DNA of 64,000 bases from Candidatus Poribacteria bacterium (GCA_965197475.1 CBDANF010000003.1:3296001-3360000); one strand, 5' to 3'. Counted from the first letter of the stretch, positions 1-11,202 are shown. Notes: generated by a model from the letters alone, not told the origin. Numbers and translations are program-made.

Positions 1-3000
1 TCCTCATCCGCATCTGTTGCTGCAACGGCAGGACCGATGTCTTCGCCGGAACTGGTTCCTTCCTGCACAGCGCGCGTTGTGCTGCTACCATCCGTGAACA
101 CGGGGGCGTTGTTTGCACCCTCCTCGGGTGGAATCGTGATATCTATGAATATACTCGGCTTCTTGAGCTTGAGCCTGCGGAGCGGTCCGTAATCCGAAAT
201 CGGGTTCACTTCAACATGTAAATGTGTGAGTGATGTCACATTTTCAACGGCAGACATATCACTGATTTTATTGCTTTGCAGGTCAAGTATTTTCAGTGCG
301 GTGTTATTGTCAAAAACACCCGATGGCAAAGAACTCAACTTGTTAGACGATAGGTTAAGGTCTTCTAGTGCGGTGTTATTGTCAAAAACACCCGATGGCA
401 AAGAACTCAACTGGTTAGTCCATAGGTTGAGGTTTTTTAGTGCGGTGAGTTCGTCAAAAATATCAGACGGCAGAGAATTCAACTGGTTACTCGAAAGGTC
501 AAGTTTTGTGAGTGCGGTGAGCCCATCAAAGACATCCGATGGCAAAGAACTCAAACTGTTGTCCCACATTTTGAGTTCTGTCAGTGAAGTGAGCTCGTCA
601 AGAATATCTGACGGCAAAGAACTCAAACTGTTTTTATCCAAGTCAAGTTTTGTGAGTTCGGTGAGCCCATCAAAGACATCCGATGGCAAAGAAGTCAGAC
701 TGGCTTGACGCAGGTTAAGGTTTTTCAGTGCAGTGTTATTGTCAAAAATATCTGATGGCAAAGACCCTAAACCGTTATTGTTCAGCCAGAGTGTCTCCAG
801 TGCGGTGTTATTGTCAAGAATACCTGATGGCAAGGAACTCAAACCGTTGTCTAACAAACTGAGTTCTGTCAGTGCGGTGAGTTCGTCAAAAATATCTGAC
901 GGCAAAGACCCTAACGACTGATTATTTTCTATCTCAAGTTTTGTCAGTCCTGTGAGTCCATTGAAATCACCGTCTTTCAGTCCTGTGAGCCCTACGCTAT
1001 TTATTTCAAGTTCGGTAATAGCGGCAAGGTGCGTCTCAGTCACATCATCTGCAGAAGTTACGCCCGGGACCGCAGCAATGATCGCATCTTGCACCTGTTG
1101 TGTGCGATCACTGATGGGGCTTATGTCATCGCTGCTCTCTGTGACGTTGATCCTCACAGTGATAGTATCGGTGCCCCCATTGCCATCGGAGACAGTGATT
1201 GTCACCGTGTAGGTGTTCTTCGTGTCATAATCAAGCGCAGCACTCGTTTGCAACTGTCCTGTTGTGTTGACAATACCAAACGATGCAGCATCTGTGCCAC
1301 CGAGCGTGTATGTCAACGTATCATTATTTTCATCTGTCGCCGCAACGGCAGTGCCGATATTTTCACCTGCACTTGTGTTTTCCGCAACGGAACGGGTTGT
1401 GCTGTCACCATCCGTGAACACGGGGGCACTGTTTGATTCTGGCTCTATTTGTTTGTCATCTCCGGGACGACTCTCCGTGACACTGATAGTGACGTTGATA
1501 GTATCGGTCCCCCCATTGCCATCAAAAACAGAGACGGTAACCGAATAGGAGGACTTGGTATCATAGTCAAGGGAGGCACTTGTTTGCAATTGCCCGGAAC
1601 TGCGAACAATACCAAACGAGGACGCATCTGTGCCACCGAGTGTATAGGTGAGCGTATCGTTATCCGCATCTGTGGCAGAGACGGGACTGCCGATGTTTTC
1701 ACCGGAGGCTGTGTTTTCAGCAATGGAACGGGTCGTGCTGCTACCATCGCTGAAGACAGGTGCCTCGTTGACATTTGTGACGTTTATCGTGACGGTAATA
1801 CTATCGCTACCACCATTCCCATCAGAAACAGTGATCGTTACCGAGTAGGATGTCTTCCTTTCATAGTCAAGAGCAGTGCTTGTGCGAAGTTGTCCGTTTG
1901 TGCTATTGATACCAAACGAGGACGCATCTGTGCCACTAAGGGTATAGGTCAAATCATCATTATCAGGGTCGGTTGCGGGGACGGCACTGCCGATGTTTTC
2001 ACCGGAGGCTGTGTTTTCAGCAATGGAACGGGTCGTGCTGCTACCATTGCTGAAGACAGGTGCCTCGTTGACATTTGTGACGTTTATTCTGACGGTAATG
2101 CGATCACTCCCGCCATTCCCATCAAAGACAGAGACGGTTACCGAATAGGATGTCTTGCTTTCATAATTGAGAGCTGCACTTGTGCGGAGTTGCCCGGTTG
2201 TGCTATCAATGCTAAATGAAGCATTATCCGTGCCACCGAGACTATATTCCAAAGTATCGTTATCCGCATCTGTAGCAGAGACGGCATTGCCGATGTTCAC
2301 ACCGGATCCTGTGTTCTCTGCAATGGGGCGTGTCGTGCTTTCACTGGCAAACGTTGGTGCGCGGTTCTCATCTACGTCTATGATAGTGATAGTGACGGCG
2401 ATCGTATCTGTGAGCGTGCCATCAGACACAGTGATTGTTACTGAATAGGATGTCTTGTTTTCATAGTCAAGGGGATCCTTGGTTCGCAACTGCCCGTTTG
2501 TGCTACCGATACTAAACGAACCCGCATCCGTGCCACTGAGGGTATATTCCAAAGTATCGTCATCCGCATCTGTAGCAGAGACAGCATCGCCTATGTCCAC
2601 GCCAGAGCCGGTATTCTCAGCGATGGAGCGGGTCGTGCTTTCACTGGCAAACGCTGGTGCGCGGTTCTCATCTACGTCTGTGACACTGATAGTGACACTA
2701 ATAGTATCGGTAAGCGTGCCATCAGAAACGGTGATTATTACCGAATAAGATGTTTTCCTTTCATAGTCAAGAGCTGCGCTTGTGCGCAACTGCCCGGTTG
2801 TGCTACCGATGCCAAACGATGACGCATCCGTGCCACCGAGGGTATATTCCAGCGTATCGCCATCATCCGGATCGGTTGCGGAGAGCGTGCCACCGATATT
2901 CACGCCTGCTGCCGTGTTCTCTGCGATAGACAAAGTTGTGTCGGTACTGTCCGCAATGACAGGTGCCTCATTCACATTCGTGACGTTTATCGTGACGGTG

Positions 3001-6000
3001 ATCGTATCTGTGCTGCTACCATCGGACACGGTGACCGTTACCGTATAGGAAGATTTCGCTTCATAATCAAGTGCAGCACTTGTTAGCAACTGCCCTGAGC
3101 TATCATCAACACTGAACGCAGACGCATCGTCTCCACTGAGAAAATACGCGAGTTTGTTGTTGTCTGCATCTGTGGCAGCGATAACAGCCCCGATGTTTGT
3201 GCCTGATGTGCTGTTTTCTGCAATGGAGCGTGTTGTGCTTTCACCATCTGCAAACTCCGGAGGGGTGTTTGCCGGTATTTCGTCAAGGTCTGTGACGTTG
3301 ATGGTGACCGTGATCGTGTCTGTCAGACTCCCATCCGAGACATTGATTGTTACCGAATAGGAGGTCTGCCTTTCAAAATCAAGATCAGCACTGGTCTTCA
3401 GTTGTCCGGTTGCATTATCAATGCTAAACGCTGCCACATCCGTGCCACCGAGCGTGTAAGTCAACGTATCGTTGTCTGGATCCGTAGCAGACACAGCACT
3501 GCCGATATTGATGCCTGCAGGTACGTTCTCAGCAATAACACGGGGCGTACTACTCCCATCCGAGAAAACAGGTGCCTCATTGACATCACTGACGTTGATT
3601 GTGACGGTGATGCTATCTGTGAGCGTGCCATCAGAGGCGATAACGGTTACCGAGTAAGAAGACTTGCTTTCATAGTCAAGAGCTGCCTTAGTTTGCAACT
3701 GCCCGGTTGTGCTATCAATACTGAACGATGACGCATCTGTGCCGCCGAGGCTATAGGTCAAGGTATCATTATCAGCATCTGTCGCAGTGATCACACTGCC
3801 GATATTGACTCCAGACCCTGTCCTTTCAGCAACGGTGAGGGTTGCGCTATCATCTGCAAACGCGGGCGCGGTGTTTGCGGGTGCCTCGTCCACATCGGTA
3901 ATACTAATCGTGACAGAGATACTATCACTACCGCCCTTGCCATCAGAGACGGTGATTGTCACCGAATAGGATGTCTTAGTTTCATAGTCAAGGGCTGCAC
4001 TTGTGCGCAGCTGCCCGGAGGTGCTATCAATGCTAAATGATGACGCATCCGTGCCACCGAGGCTATATTCCAACGTATCATTATCTGCATCCGTAGCAGA
4101 CACAGCTGTGCTAATATCTACACCAGACCCCGTGTTTTCAGCAATAGAGCGGGTCGCGCTATCGCCATCCGTGAACACGGGTGTGCTGTTCTCATCTATG
4201 TCCGTGACGGTGATGGTGACAGCGATCGTATCTGTGAGGCTACCATCGGACACAGTGATTGTTACCGAATAGGAGGTCTTCTTTTCATAGTCAAGAGCTG
4301 CACTTGTGCGCAACTGTCCGGTTGTGCTATCAATACTGAATGATGACGTATCCGTGCCACTCAGGCTATAGGTGAGCGTGTCGTTATCCGCATCGGTCGC
4401 AGAAATGGCTGAACTGATGTCTACACCCGCACCGGTATTCTCCGCTATAGAACGGGTTGTGCTGGTGCCTTCCGTGAACATAGGCGCATTGTTTGTAGAC
4501 GTGAGATCAGGTTCTTTCGTGGTAACATCACCGCCCGTTGCGGGTTTCTCTTCTATATCTGTGACGCTGATTGTGACACTAATCGTGTCTGTCATTTTTC
4601 CATCAGAGACGGTGATCGCTACTGAATAGGAGTTCTTCGTTTCATAATCTAAGGCTGCGTTTGTTTTGAGCTGCCCAGACTCTGTATCAATGGCAAATGC
4701 TGATGCGTCTGACCCACCGAGGCTATATGCCAAAGTATCGTTATCTGCATCAGTCGCAGAGATCGGTTCACCGATATTCTCACCCGATGCCGTGTTTTCT
4801 GCTATTGATCGCGTTGCACTTTCACCTTCCGTGAACACAGGCGCACGGTTCTCGTCTATGTCAATAACAGTAATAGTGACGGTGATGCTATCTGTGAGCG
4901 TGCCATCAGAGACGGTTAGCGTCACGGAATAAGAGTTTTTCGTTTCATAATCTAAGGCTGCTTTTGTTTGCAGTTGCCCCGATGTGTTGACAATATCAAA
5001 CGACGCTGCATCTGTCCCACTCAATGTCCAGGTAAGCGTGTCATTATCAGCATCTGTTGCAGCTATTGCATTCCCGATATTTGTGCCTGCTGCTGTATTT
5101 TCTGCTATGCTGCGGGTGGCACTTACTCCCGCTGTGAATACGGGTGCTACGTTTATGTCACTGAGAACTTCCAACGGCTGTTGATTAGATTTAACAAGCG
5201 CGTAGCCGGTATGCGTTGCAGGCAGACTTGGCAAGGTACCGATATCCACCGTGACAAGACCCGTCGTGCCGGCAGTGCGGAATAAGGGGAGAGGTTCGGT
5301 TTCCACACTGCCTCTGGGAACGGTAATGGTAGCACTACCATCAGCAATGCTCCCATTTTCGACGGTGACAGGCAGCACAATATCAAAAGGCGCGCCTGTC
5401 AAGGCAAGAACTTTGATCTGATTTACGCCAACCTTCTGGAGCGATATATTCAGAGGAAATGGGTCAACAGTATTACCACTCAAGTTGAGTTCTTGCAGCG
5501 ATACCAAGTCTCTGAAAATACCATCGGGTAAACTCGTCAGTTGATTATTCGCCAAATTGAGCGTTGTGAGAGACAACATCCCTGCGAAATCATCACTACT
5601 CAGCGCAGTGATCCCCTTGCCACTTAAGTCAAGGTTTGTGATTGTTGCAAGCTGGATGTCGCTTACATTACGGCAATCGGTTACATCCAGCACCGCAGCT
5701 GCGATCGCTTCTGCTACTTCAGGTGTGCGGTTACAGACGGTTGATTTAGAGAACGCGTAGCCGAAATGGTTCGGAGGTAGTCCGGGTAACGCGCCGATAT
5801 TCACGGTTGCCATATCAACGACGGTGAAGGGCGCACTTGTGAAGATGCCTTTCGGAATAGTGACCATCATCGCACCAATCGGTAACATAATATCAAACGG
5901 CGCACCTGTCGGGATGACGGCTTGGAACTGATTTGCATCAACTTGCTGTAGCGATACCATGAGCGGTAACGGATCAATCAAGTTTCTACCTAACCGAAGG

Positions 6001-7478
6001 CTTGTCAATGCGGTAAGTCCTGCAAAGATACCATTCGGCAGGCTGCTCAGCATGTTGTTGTATAGATTGAGACTTGTCAGTCCGGTCAATCCAGAAAAAT
6101 CACCTGTTTTCAGGGCTGAAATGCCAGCACCGCGAAGATTGAGGCTCGTAATTGCTGCAAGGTGTGCATCAGTCACAGCATTCGCTGAACTTACGCCCGG
6201 GACCGAAGCAACGATAGCGTCACGCACTTGCGGTGTCCGTTCGCTGACAGGAAGTGACATTGAGACTAAGACGGTATCAGCTGTATCAATAATACTGATG
6301 ATGACTCTTATTGTATCTGTAAGGTTACCATCAGAGACAGTGATTGATACCGAATAGACGCGCTTCGCTTCATAATCCAATGCTGCTTTTGTTGTCAACT
6401 GTCCGGTAGTAGAATCAATGTCAAACGCTGCTGCATCAATGCCACCAAGCGTCCAAGTCAAGGTATCGCTGGTATCCGCATCTGTTGCAGCGACCGCACT
6501 GCCGATGTTGACACCTGCTGCCGTGTTTTCTGCGACTATGCGGGTAGTGATATCGCCATCAGAAAACATCGGCGCAGTATTTGTTGGTGTTGGTGGGTCG
6601 GGGTCGGAAACTACCGGCGGGTCGGGGTCAGGAACTACCGGCGGGTCGGGGTCGGGAACTACCGGCGGGTCGGGGTCGGGAACTACCGGCGGGTCGGGGT
6701 CGGGAACTACCGGCGGGTCGGGGTCGGGAACTACCGGCGGGTCAGGGTCGGGAACTACCGGATGGTCAGGGTCTACCGGGATCGTGGTTACTTCACCGAT
6801 AACCTCAAGCGGAAGTGCGTCAGATTTGGATAGCACATAACCGTAATGGTGCAGCGGTAGACTCGGTAACGTGCCAATATCAACAGTGACAGCAGCGGTC
6901 GTGTCGGCTGTGCGGGATACTGTGAGGGCACTGCTCTCCGTGCTACCCTTAGATATAGTGATGTTGGTTGCCTCGCTCGCAATGCTGCCGTTCATGGCAC
7001 TGAGCGGTAGGACAATATCAAACGGCGCACCGGTCGGCACAACAACCTTGAACTGTCTATTATCAACCTTTTCTATTGATACAGTAATCGGTAACGGGTC
7101 AACAGTGTTGCCACCTAAACGGAGCGTTGTCAATGTAGTTAACCCTGCAAAAATGCCATCAGGCAGACTACTGAGTTCGTTGTTATACAGATTGAGATTG
7201 GTAAGCCCAGTCAAGCCAGAAAAATCGCCTGTTTTCAGTGCTGAAATACTGGCACCGCGTAGATCGAGACTCGTTATTGCTGCGAGATGTGTTTCAGTCA
7301 CATCGGCAGCAGCGTCCACGCCCGGCACAGCAGCTACGATTTCATCGCGCACTTGTGGTGTGCGATCGGTAACAGGCGTGACAGCCGCATAACTCGTGCC
7401 ATATGTGCCGAGAATAATTAAAAGAGATACTAAAATAGATAAGACATACTTTTGATTTAGAAATTGTGTTTTCAACAT
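1..7478 (-). CDS. Giant secreted surface protein/adhesin (>2490 aa, 3' end outside window): LRR blocks plus at least 14 cadherin-like repeats and a Pro/Asp linker
   Basis: Not in the ORF track (runs off the edge). AAGGAG RBS, then ATG at 7478: MLKTQFLNQKYVLSILVSLLIILGTYGTSYA (signal peptide). Same frame at position 5 (DIGPAVAATDADE). ~300-bp repeats APVFTDG...ATDAD..LTY.LGGTDA..F.I....GQL.T.AALDYE. LRRs of the LSSLPDGIF type at ~200-1100, 5460-5730, 5980-6260 and 7100-7380. Confidence 0.9.
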   Translation of the reverse strand, partial: MLKTQFLNQKYVLSILVSLLIILGTYGTSYAAVTPVTDRTPQVRDEIVAAVPGVDAAADVTETHLAAITSLDLRGASISALKTGDFSGLTGLTNLNLYNNELSSLPDGIFAGLTTLTTLRLGGNTVDPLPITVSIEKVDNRQFKVVVPTGAPFDIVLPLSAMNGSIASEATNITISKGSTESSALTVSRTADTTAAVTVDIGTLPSLPLHHYGYVLSKSDALPLEVIGEVTTIPVDPDHPVVPDPDPPVVPDPDPPVVPDPDPPVVPDPDPPVVPDPDPPVVPDPDPPVVSDPDPPTPTNTAPMFSDGDITTRIVAENTAAGVNIGSAVAATDADTSDTLTWTLGGIDAAAFDIDSTTGQLTTKAALDYEAKRVYSVSITVSDGNLTDTIRVIISIIDTADTVLVSMSLPVSERTPQVRDAIVASVPGVSSANAVTDAHLAAITSLNLRGAGISALKTGDFSGLTGLTSLNLYNNMLSSLPNGIFAGLTALTSLRLGRNLIDPLPLMVSLQQVDANQFQAVIPTGAPFDIMLPIGAMMVTIPKGIFTSAPFTVVDMATVNIGALPGLPPNHFGYAFSKSTVCNRTPEVAEAIAAAVLDVTDCRNVSDIQLATITNLDLSGKGITALSSDDFAGMLSLTTLNLANNQLTSLPDGIFRDLVSLQELNLSGNTVDPFPLNISLQKVGVNQIKVLALTGAPFDIVLPVTVENGSIADGSATITVPRGSVETEPLPLFRTAGTTGLVTVDIGTLPSLPATHTGYALVKSNQQPLEVLSDINVAPVFTAGVSATRSIAENTAAGTNIGNAIAATDADNDTLTWTLSGTDAASFDIVNTSGQLQTKAALDYETKNSYSVTLTVSDGTLTDSITVTITVIDIDENRAPVFTEGESATRSIAENTASGENIGEPISATDADNDTLAYSLGGSDASAFAIDTESGQLKTNAALDYETKNSYSVAITVSDGKMTDTISVTISVTDIEEKPATGGDVTTKEPDLTSTNNAPMFTEGTSTTRSIAENTGAGVDISSAISATDADNDTLTYSLSGTDTSSFSIDSTTGQLRTSAALDYEKKTSYSVTITVSDGSLTDTIAVTITVTDIDENSTPVFTDGDSATRSIAENTGSGVDISTAVSATDADNDTLEYSLGGTDASSFSIDSTSGQLRTSAALDYETKTSYSVTITVSDGKGGSDSISVTISITDVDEAPANTAPAFADDSATLTVAERTGSGVNIGSVITATDADNDTLTYSLGGTDASSFSIDSTTGQLQTKAALDYESKSSYSVTVIASDGTLTDSITVTINVSDVNEAPVFSDGSSTPRVIAENVPAGINIGSAVSATDPDNDTLTYTLGGTDVAAFSIDNATGQLKTSADLDFERQTSYSVTINVSDGSLTDTITVTINVTDLDEIPANTPPEFADGESTTRSIAENSTSGTNIGAVIAATDADNNKLAYFLSGDDASAFSVDDSSGQLLTSAALDYEAKSSYTVTVTVSDGSSTDTITVTINVTNVNEAPVIADSTDTTLSIAENTAAGVNIGGTLSATDPDDGDTLEYTLGGTDASSFGIGSTTGQLRTSAALDYERKTSYSVIITVSDGTLTDTISVTISVTDVDENRAPAFASESTTRSIAENTGSGVDIGDAVSATDADDDTLEYTLSGTDAGSFSIGSTNGQLRTKDPLDYENKTSYSVTITVSDGTLTDTIAVTITIIDVDENRAPTFASESTTRPIAENTGSGVNIGNAVSATDADNDTLEYSLGGTDNASFSIDSTTGQLRTSAALNYESKTSYSVTVSVFDGNGGSDRITVRINVTNVNEAPVFSNGSSTTRSIAENTASGENIGSAVPATDPDNDDLTYTLSGTDASSFGINSTNGQLRTSTALDYERKTSYSVTITVSDGNGGSDSITVTINVTNVNEAPVFSDGSSTTRSIAENTASGENIGSPVSATDADNDTLTYTLGGTDASSFGIVRSSGQLQTSASLDYDTKSSYSVTVSVFDGNGGTDTINVTISVTESRPGDDKQIEPESNSAPVFTDGDSTTRSVAENTSAGENIGTAVAATDENNDTLTYTLGGTDAASFGIVNTTGQLQTSAALDYDTKNTYTVTITVSDGNGGTDTITVRINVTESSDDISPISDRTQQVQDAIIAAVPGVTSADDVTETHLAAITELEINSVGLTGLKDGDFNGLTGLTKLEIENNQSLGSLPSDIFDELTALTELSLLDNGLSSLPSGILDNNTALETLWLNNNGLGSLPSDIFDNNTALKNLNLRQASLTSLPSDVFDGLTELTKLDLDKNSLSSLPSDILDELTSLTELKMWDNSLSSLPSDVFDGLTALTKLDLSSNQLNSLPSDIFDELTALKNLNLWTNQLSSLPSGVFDNNTALEDLNLSSNKLSSLPSGVFDNNTALKILDLQSNKISDMSAVENVTSLTHLHVEVNPISDYGPLRRLKLKKPSIFIDITIPPEEGANNAPVFTDGSSTTRAVQEGTSSGEDIGPAVAATDADE
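6594..6790 (-). repeat. Coding 24-bp tandem repeat, about 7-8 copies, encoding (VVPDPDPP)n
   Basis: GGCGGGTCGGGGTCGGGAACTACC units on the + strand. Confidence 0.95.
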
Positions 7479-7532
7479 AAACTCCTTTTTTGTTAGTTTC
7501 AGACGGTAGATGCGGTTTGCTAACCGAGATTC

Positions 7533-7680
7533 TGTCTGAACCAGGATTCACAGGATTATAGGATTTTCAGGATTACAGAAGATTACCCATCTAATGCTAA
7601 CCCTAATAAGAGACAACTTGCAATCAAAGAAACCCAATAATCCTGGAAATCTGGAAATCCTGAAAATCCTGGTTCAGACA
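7533..7680. repeat. MITE-like inverted-repeat element, family B
   Basis: TGTCTGAACCAGGATT...AATCCTGGTTCAGACA with internal 9-bp (CAGGATTWT-like) iterations. Other copies at 11203-11380 and a half copy at 50498-50531. Confidence 0.8.
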
Positions 7681-7685
7681 AGGCA

Positions 7686-10211
7686 TTACTTCAAAATAAC
7701 CATTTTACGCAGGAAGGACACACTGTCCGCCTGTAGTTGATAGAAATAGACCCCTGCCGCAACCTTCTCACCGAATTCGTTTTCACCATCCCAATAGGCA
7801 GCACGTTTTTTGCTCGTGTAGTACCCTGCAACCTGATGTCCTAAACTCAATTCCCGAACCACGACACCACGCGCATTGTAGATCGTCAATGTGACATTAG
7901 CGGGCTTGGATAAGTGATACGGTATCCACGTCTCAGGGTTGAACGGGTTGGGGAAGTTTGGCAAGAGTGCTGTCTCTTTCGGTGTCAACGCCTCAAGGAG
8001 TTGTTGTAAAAAGAGAATACCTTGTAACGACTTCGCATCCGTGAGACCCAACTGCTGTGCTTGGGAGAGCCACTGTTTGACATTTGCTGCCGTTAGTTTA
8101 TCAAGGGATTGGAGATGCAGAGAGGGTGCAGCGGCACTGGTGCCCAATGCGCCAGCAACGAGGACAAGGTCCTGAATATTGACAATCCCGTCGCCGTTGA
8201 CATCAGCACTATTTGCGCCTGATTGTCCTAAACGCCCGGCAACCAACACCAAATCTTGGATGTTAACAGCCCCATCATCGTTTACGTCCTCTGCAAGTTT
8301 GCGTGGCGGTGGTAGTTCCCCTCCAAAAATTAATCCAAAAAACTCATTATAGTTATGTTTAGAAGTATCTACCCATAGAGGCAAATAGCCTAAACGCCTT
8401 TCTAATTGTGCTTCATAAAGTGAATTGGGATGGACATTACTTCCAAAAAATTCTGAATATGTATTACTAAGACCAGATGCACCAACATACCCTATCAGAT
8501 TAGATTGTGTAATAAAATAATATTCAGGATTCGTTGTCCACATATCAAGTAATCTACTTTCTTCTGAAACATTATTCCATCTTGTCCAACCATCTAAATG
8601 ATGAGGTAATCTATTATATCGGCCACTACTACTTTCATGTGTTTGGCTATGATAATTATCAAGTAATGTATTACGTGGTTGGTTTCCATGTGTATCAGGT
8701 CCATCTATCACAGGGCCTCCAATTCCCCAAACAACATTTCCAGATGATTTTCCACTTATATTAATGCCATGTATAGCACCCAAATCCGTATGATCTTCTA
8801 ATAATCCGATTAGGCAATATGTTGCACTAGCTGCAGCAGCAGTATAATGACCGCGCCCACCATCTTGTATTACAGAAAGCACTGAACATGCATATCCGCT
8901 AATCCAAACTCCAATAGTACTATTAGAGAACCTACATCGCTGAACCCATGAATGTGCGACATGTCTCAATGCTATCCAACCACGACCCGGTTGCACATTA
9001 TGTTTATACGGTTCTTGAAGATTCCCATCGAAATGTATATCTTCAAACCCAATATTTGTTTGTAAATTTTTCCAATATACTGAATAATTAGAATTAAGCG
9101 GCGTTGTAGTAGGTGCTTTAATATAAACTCTATTATCTTCTATTCGGTCTATTTCATGAGATTCACGAACATCTATTCCGTTACTACGAATATTTGTAAA
9201 CCTATTGCTCATCTCATTTATTGAACGTGAAGAATGTTCTGCCCAATCATCATCAAACAATCCACTCGCTGTAATTATAATAAACTGCTTGTCCAAAAGT
9301 CGAGATGAATCCGCCACATCAAAGGACTTTGTGCCTCTTGGGAATTCACCTACAATTGGCGTTTTATGATCACTACCATTATGCTGCCATATACCTTCAA
9401 ATAAACAATCAAGATGATCCTCTAAATTTTCGTGCATTTTAATAGTAGTTCCATTCCTAATCGCCCCTTGAGCGCCACTACCCCTGAGAACAATATTTCC
9501 AGAACCACCACGCTTTCCTACATCAATCTTTTCAAGTGGCTCACCCTGAAGAAGAACATCATATTGTCCAGGAGGAAAGAATACAATCCCTCCATCTTCA
9601 GCAGCACTAAGAGCATCTTTAATTGCTTGAGTATCTGACATATTATCATTTGGAATAGCACCGTAAGAAGTCACATCATAGATTGTACCTGTAACATCAG
9701 GAATTGGTTCTTCACCATTCTTATATCCTGCATAAGAGTAATCTATAAGATTAGGCACATTACCAGGGACATCTTCTCCAATAAATTTCCGCCAGATATT
9801 TGGAGTTGATCCTGATGTTCGATCAAATATATCAGTAATAGGACGAATACCAGTCGCCCTCATTATTTTACCGTAATTTTTACCATCAACAGTTACTTTT
9901 ACTTCAACTGTATTTTCTCCTGCTTCAGGCCCAAGAATAAATGTTGATTTAATTCTGCCTGTGTTATCTGTTTTATCATTTGTAATAATAAGATATCCAC
10001 TACCAGAAAGTACTGTAAATTCTACTGGATGATTTGGTATACGGACTCCATCTTTTTCCACTTCAACATGCAAAGGGTTCGGCAGCGGATATCCAGCTGC
10101 ACCTATTTGATTATCGCTTGATATACTATCTATAGTAACTTGTGCTTGTGTTGTTAATAAAATTAAAAAACAGGTAAACATTATGGTTGAAAGTAAAACT
10201 AACCTTTTCAT
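7686..10211 (-). CDS. Secreted beta-helix (pectate-lyase-like/DUF4955-like) glycan-active protein with N-terminal Ig-like domain, dockerin-like repeat and FlgD/T9SS-like C-terminal domain; copy 1
   Basis: RBS AAGGAG, ATG 10211 (MKRLVLL signal peptide). Motifs LIDYSYAGY, YDVTSYGAIPND..SDT.AI, VFFPPGQY, VLRGSG; DVNDDGAVNIQDLVLVA twice; NPFNPETWIPY...RKMVILK. Confidence 0.8.
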   Translation of the reverse strand: MKRLVLLSTIMFTCFLILLTTQAQVTIDSISSDNQIGAAGYPLPNPLHVEVEKDGVRIPNHPVEFTVLSGSGYLIITNDKTDNTGRIKSTFILGPEAGENTVEVKVTVDGKNYGKIMRATGIRPITDIFDRTSGSTPNIWRKFIGEDVPGNVPNLIDYSYAGYKNGEEPIPDVTGTIYDVTSYGAIPNDNMSDTQAIKDALSAAEDGGIVFFPPGQYDVLLQGEPLEKIDVGKRGGSGNIVLRGSGAQGAIRNGTTIKMHENLEDHLDCLFEGIWQHNGSDHKTPIVGEFPRGTKSFDVADSSRLLDKQFIIITASGLFDDDWAEHSSRSINEMSNRFTNIRSNGIDVRESHEIDRIEDNRVYIKAPTTTPLNSNYSVYWKNLQTNIGFEDIHFDGNLQEPYKHNVQPGRGWIALRHVAHSWVQRCRFSNSTIGVWISGYACSVLSVIQDGGRGHYTAAAASATYCLIGLLEDHTDLGAIHGINISGKSSGNVVWGIGGPVIDGPDTHGNQPRNTLLDNYHSQTHESSSGRYNRLPHHLDGWTRWNNVSEESRLLDMWTTNPEYYFITQSNLIGYVGASGLSNTYSEFFGSNVHPNSLYEAQLERRLGYLPLWVDTSKHNYNEFFGLIFGGELPPPRKLAEDVNDDGAVNIQDLVLVAGRLGQSGANSADVNGDGIVNIQDLVLVAGALGTSAAAPSLHLQSLDKLTAANVKQWLSQAQQLGLTDAKSLQGILFLQQLLEALTPKETALLPNFPNPFNPETWIPYHLSKPANVTLTIYNARGVVVRELSLGHQVAGYYTSKKRAAYWDGENEFGEKVAAGVYFYQLQADSVSFLRKMVILK

Positions 10212-10251
10212 TGTTTTCTCCTTTAAGGTTCGGATTTCCAAGTATTGGCAA

Positions 10252-11061
10252 TTAGTGCTTTAAGCTGCCCCAAATAGTTGCAAACTTGCCACGCGCTTCA
10301 ACTGGCGTAACATTTAGACCAGATGCCAACCCGGCAATTTCGCCATCCTCAAGTCCTCTATCGTAAAGGTGAACTTCATCAATCAGGCCCTCCCATAACC
10401 TGCTTTCATTATCTTTGGCACCTTTACCGATGAGGAATTTTTCTACATCCGTGATCGCGCCTTCGGTAGCCTCCGTATTATCGGTGGGTTCATCAAGTTC
10501 ACCATCAATATAGAGCGCAAGTAGATTACCACTACTCCAGGTTAACACGAGGTGTTGCCATTCTGTGGTTTGGACCTCACTTACACTTTCATATTGCTGC
10601 TGTCCGCTTGTCGTACTAATGCCTGCTTTGATGACGTTCGTACCGCCTCCAGCCCAACCTTTAGCATCATATCGTAAGGTGAATATGTTGTCGCTACCGT
10701 CAGGGTCTATGCCGTGAATGATTCCTCTGTCGGAGTCTACCGATGTGGATTTTACCCAAACTGAGATCGAAAAAGCGGTGAGTCCATTGATGTAGTTGGC
10801 ACCGTTTGTATCTTCTGCAGTGCTGCCACTGCCATCAAGTGCCAACGCACCCCCAATTTTTCCACCTGTTGCTTCCCAACTGGCACTGCCGGTAAGAGTC
10901 GCGTTGTTAACATTTCCACTGCTATCCGCAGCGGTTTGTCCATTTGCCTCATCAAATGGATAATAGACAATTAAGCCATCTTGTAAACTTGCTGATGCAA
11001 TAGAACAGAAAACTACAACAATGACGAGGGTGAATAGTGAAGTTAAAAGTTTATTACGCAT
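10252..11061 (-). CDS. Secreted LamG/concanavalin A-like lectin domain protein
   Basis: Likely start MRNKLL at 11061. GLIVYYPFDE, FSISVWVK, WQHLVLTW, LYIDG, GLIDEVHLYDRGL; tail PVEARGKFATIWGSLKH. Confidence 0.85.
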   Translation of the reverse strand: MRNKLLTSLFTLVIVVVFCSIASASLQDGLIVYYPFDEANGQTAADSSGNVNNATLTGSASWEATGGKIGGALALDGSGSTAEDTNGANYINGLTAFSISVWVKSTSVDSDRGIIHGIDPDGSDNIFTLRYDAKGWAGGGTNVIKAGISTTSGQQQYESVSEVQTTEWQHLVLTWSSGNLLALYIDGELDEPTDNTEATEGAITDVEKFLIGKGAKDNESRLWEGLIDEVHLYDRGLEDGEIAGLASGLNVTPVEARGKFATIWGSLKH

Positions 11062-11202
11062 TTTGAATTTCTCTTTATGTTTAAATGACTGTGAACTTTT
11101 TTCGCTCACAGTTCGTAAGTCGGGTAGAAGCACCCGACAATTTAGCTTCTTATCTTTCTTGTGGGAGGGCTTTTCAAGCCCTATGTTACAAGATTTTCCA
11201 TT

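Noticed and set aside
6594-6790. 24-bp repeats (and 21-bp repeats at 29015-29135) as a CRISPR array
   Set aside because: No spacers, in-frame coding repeats, no cas genes
226-7392. Many plus-strand ORFs in the track
   Set aside because: Antisense shadows of the repetitive minus-strand adhesin
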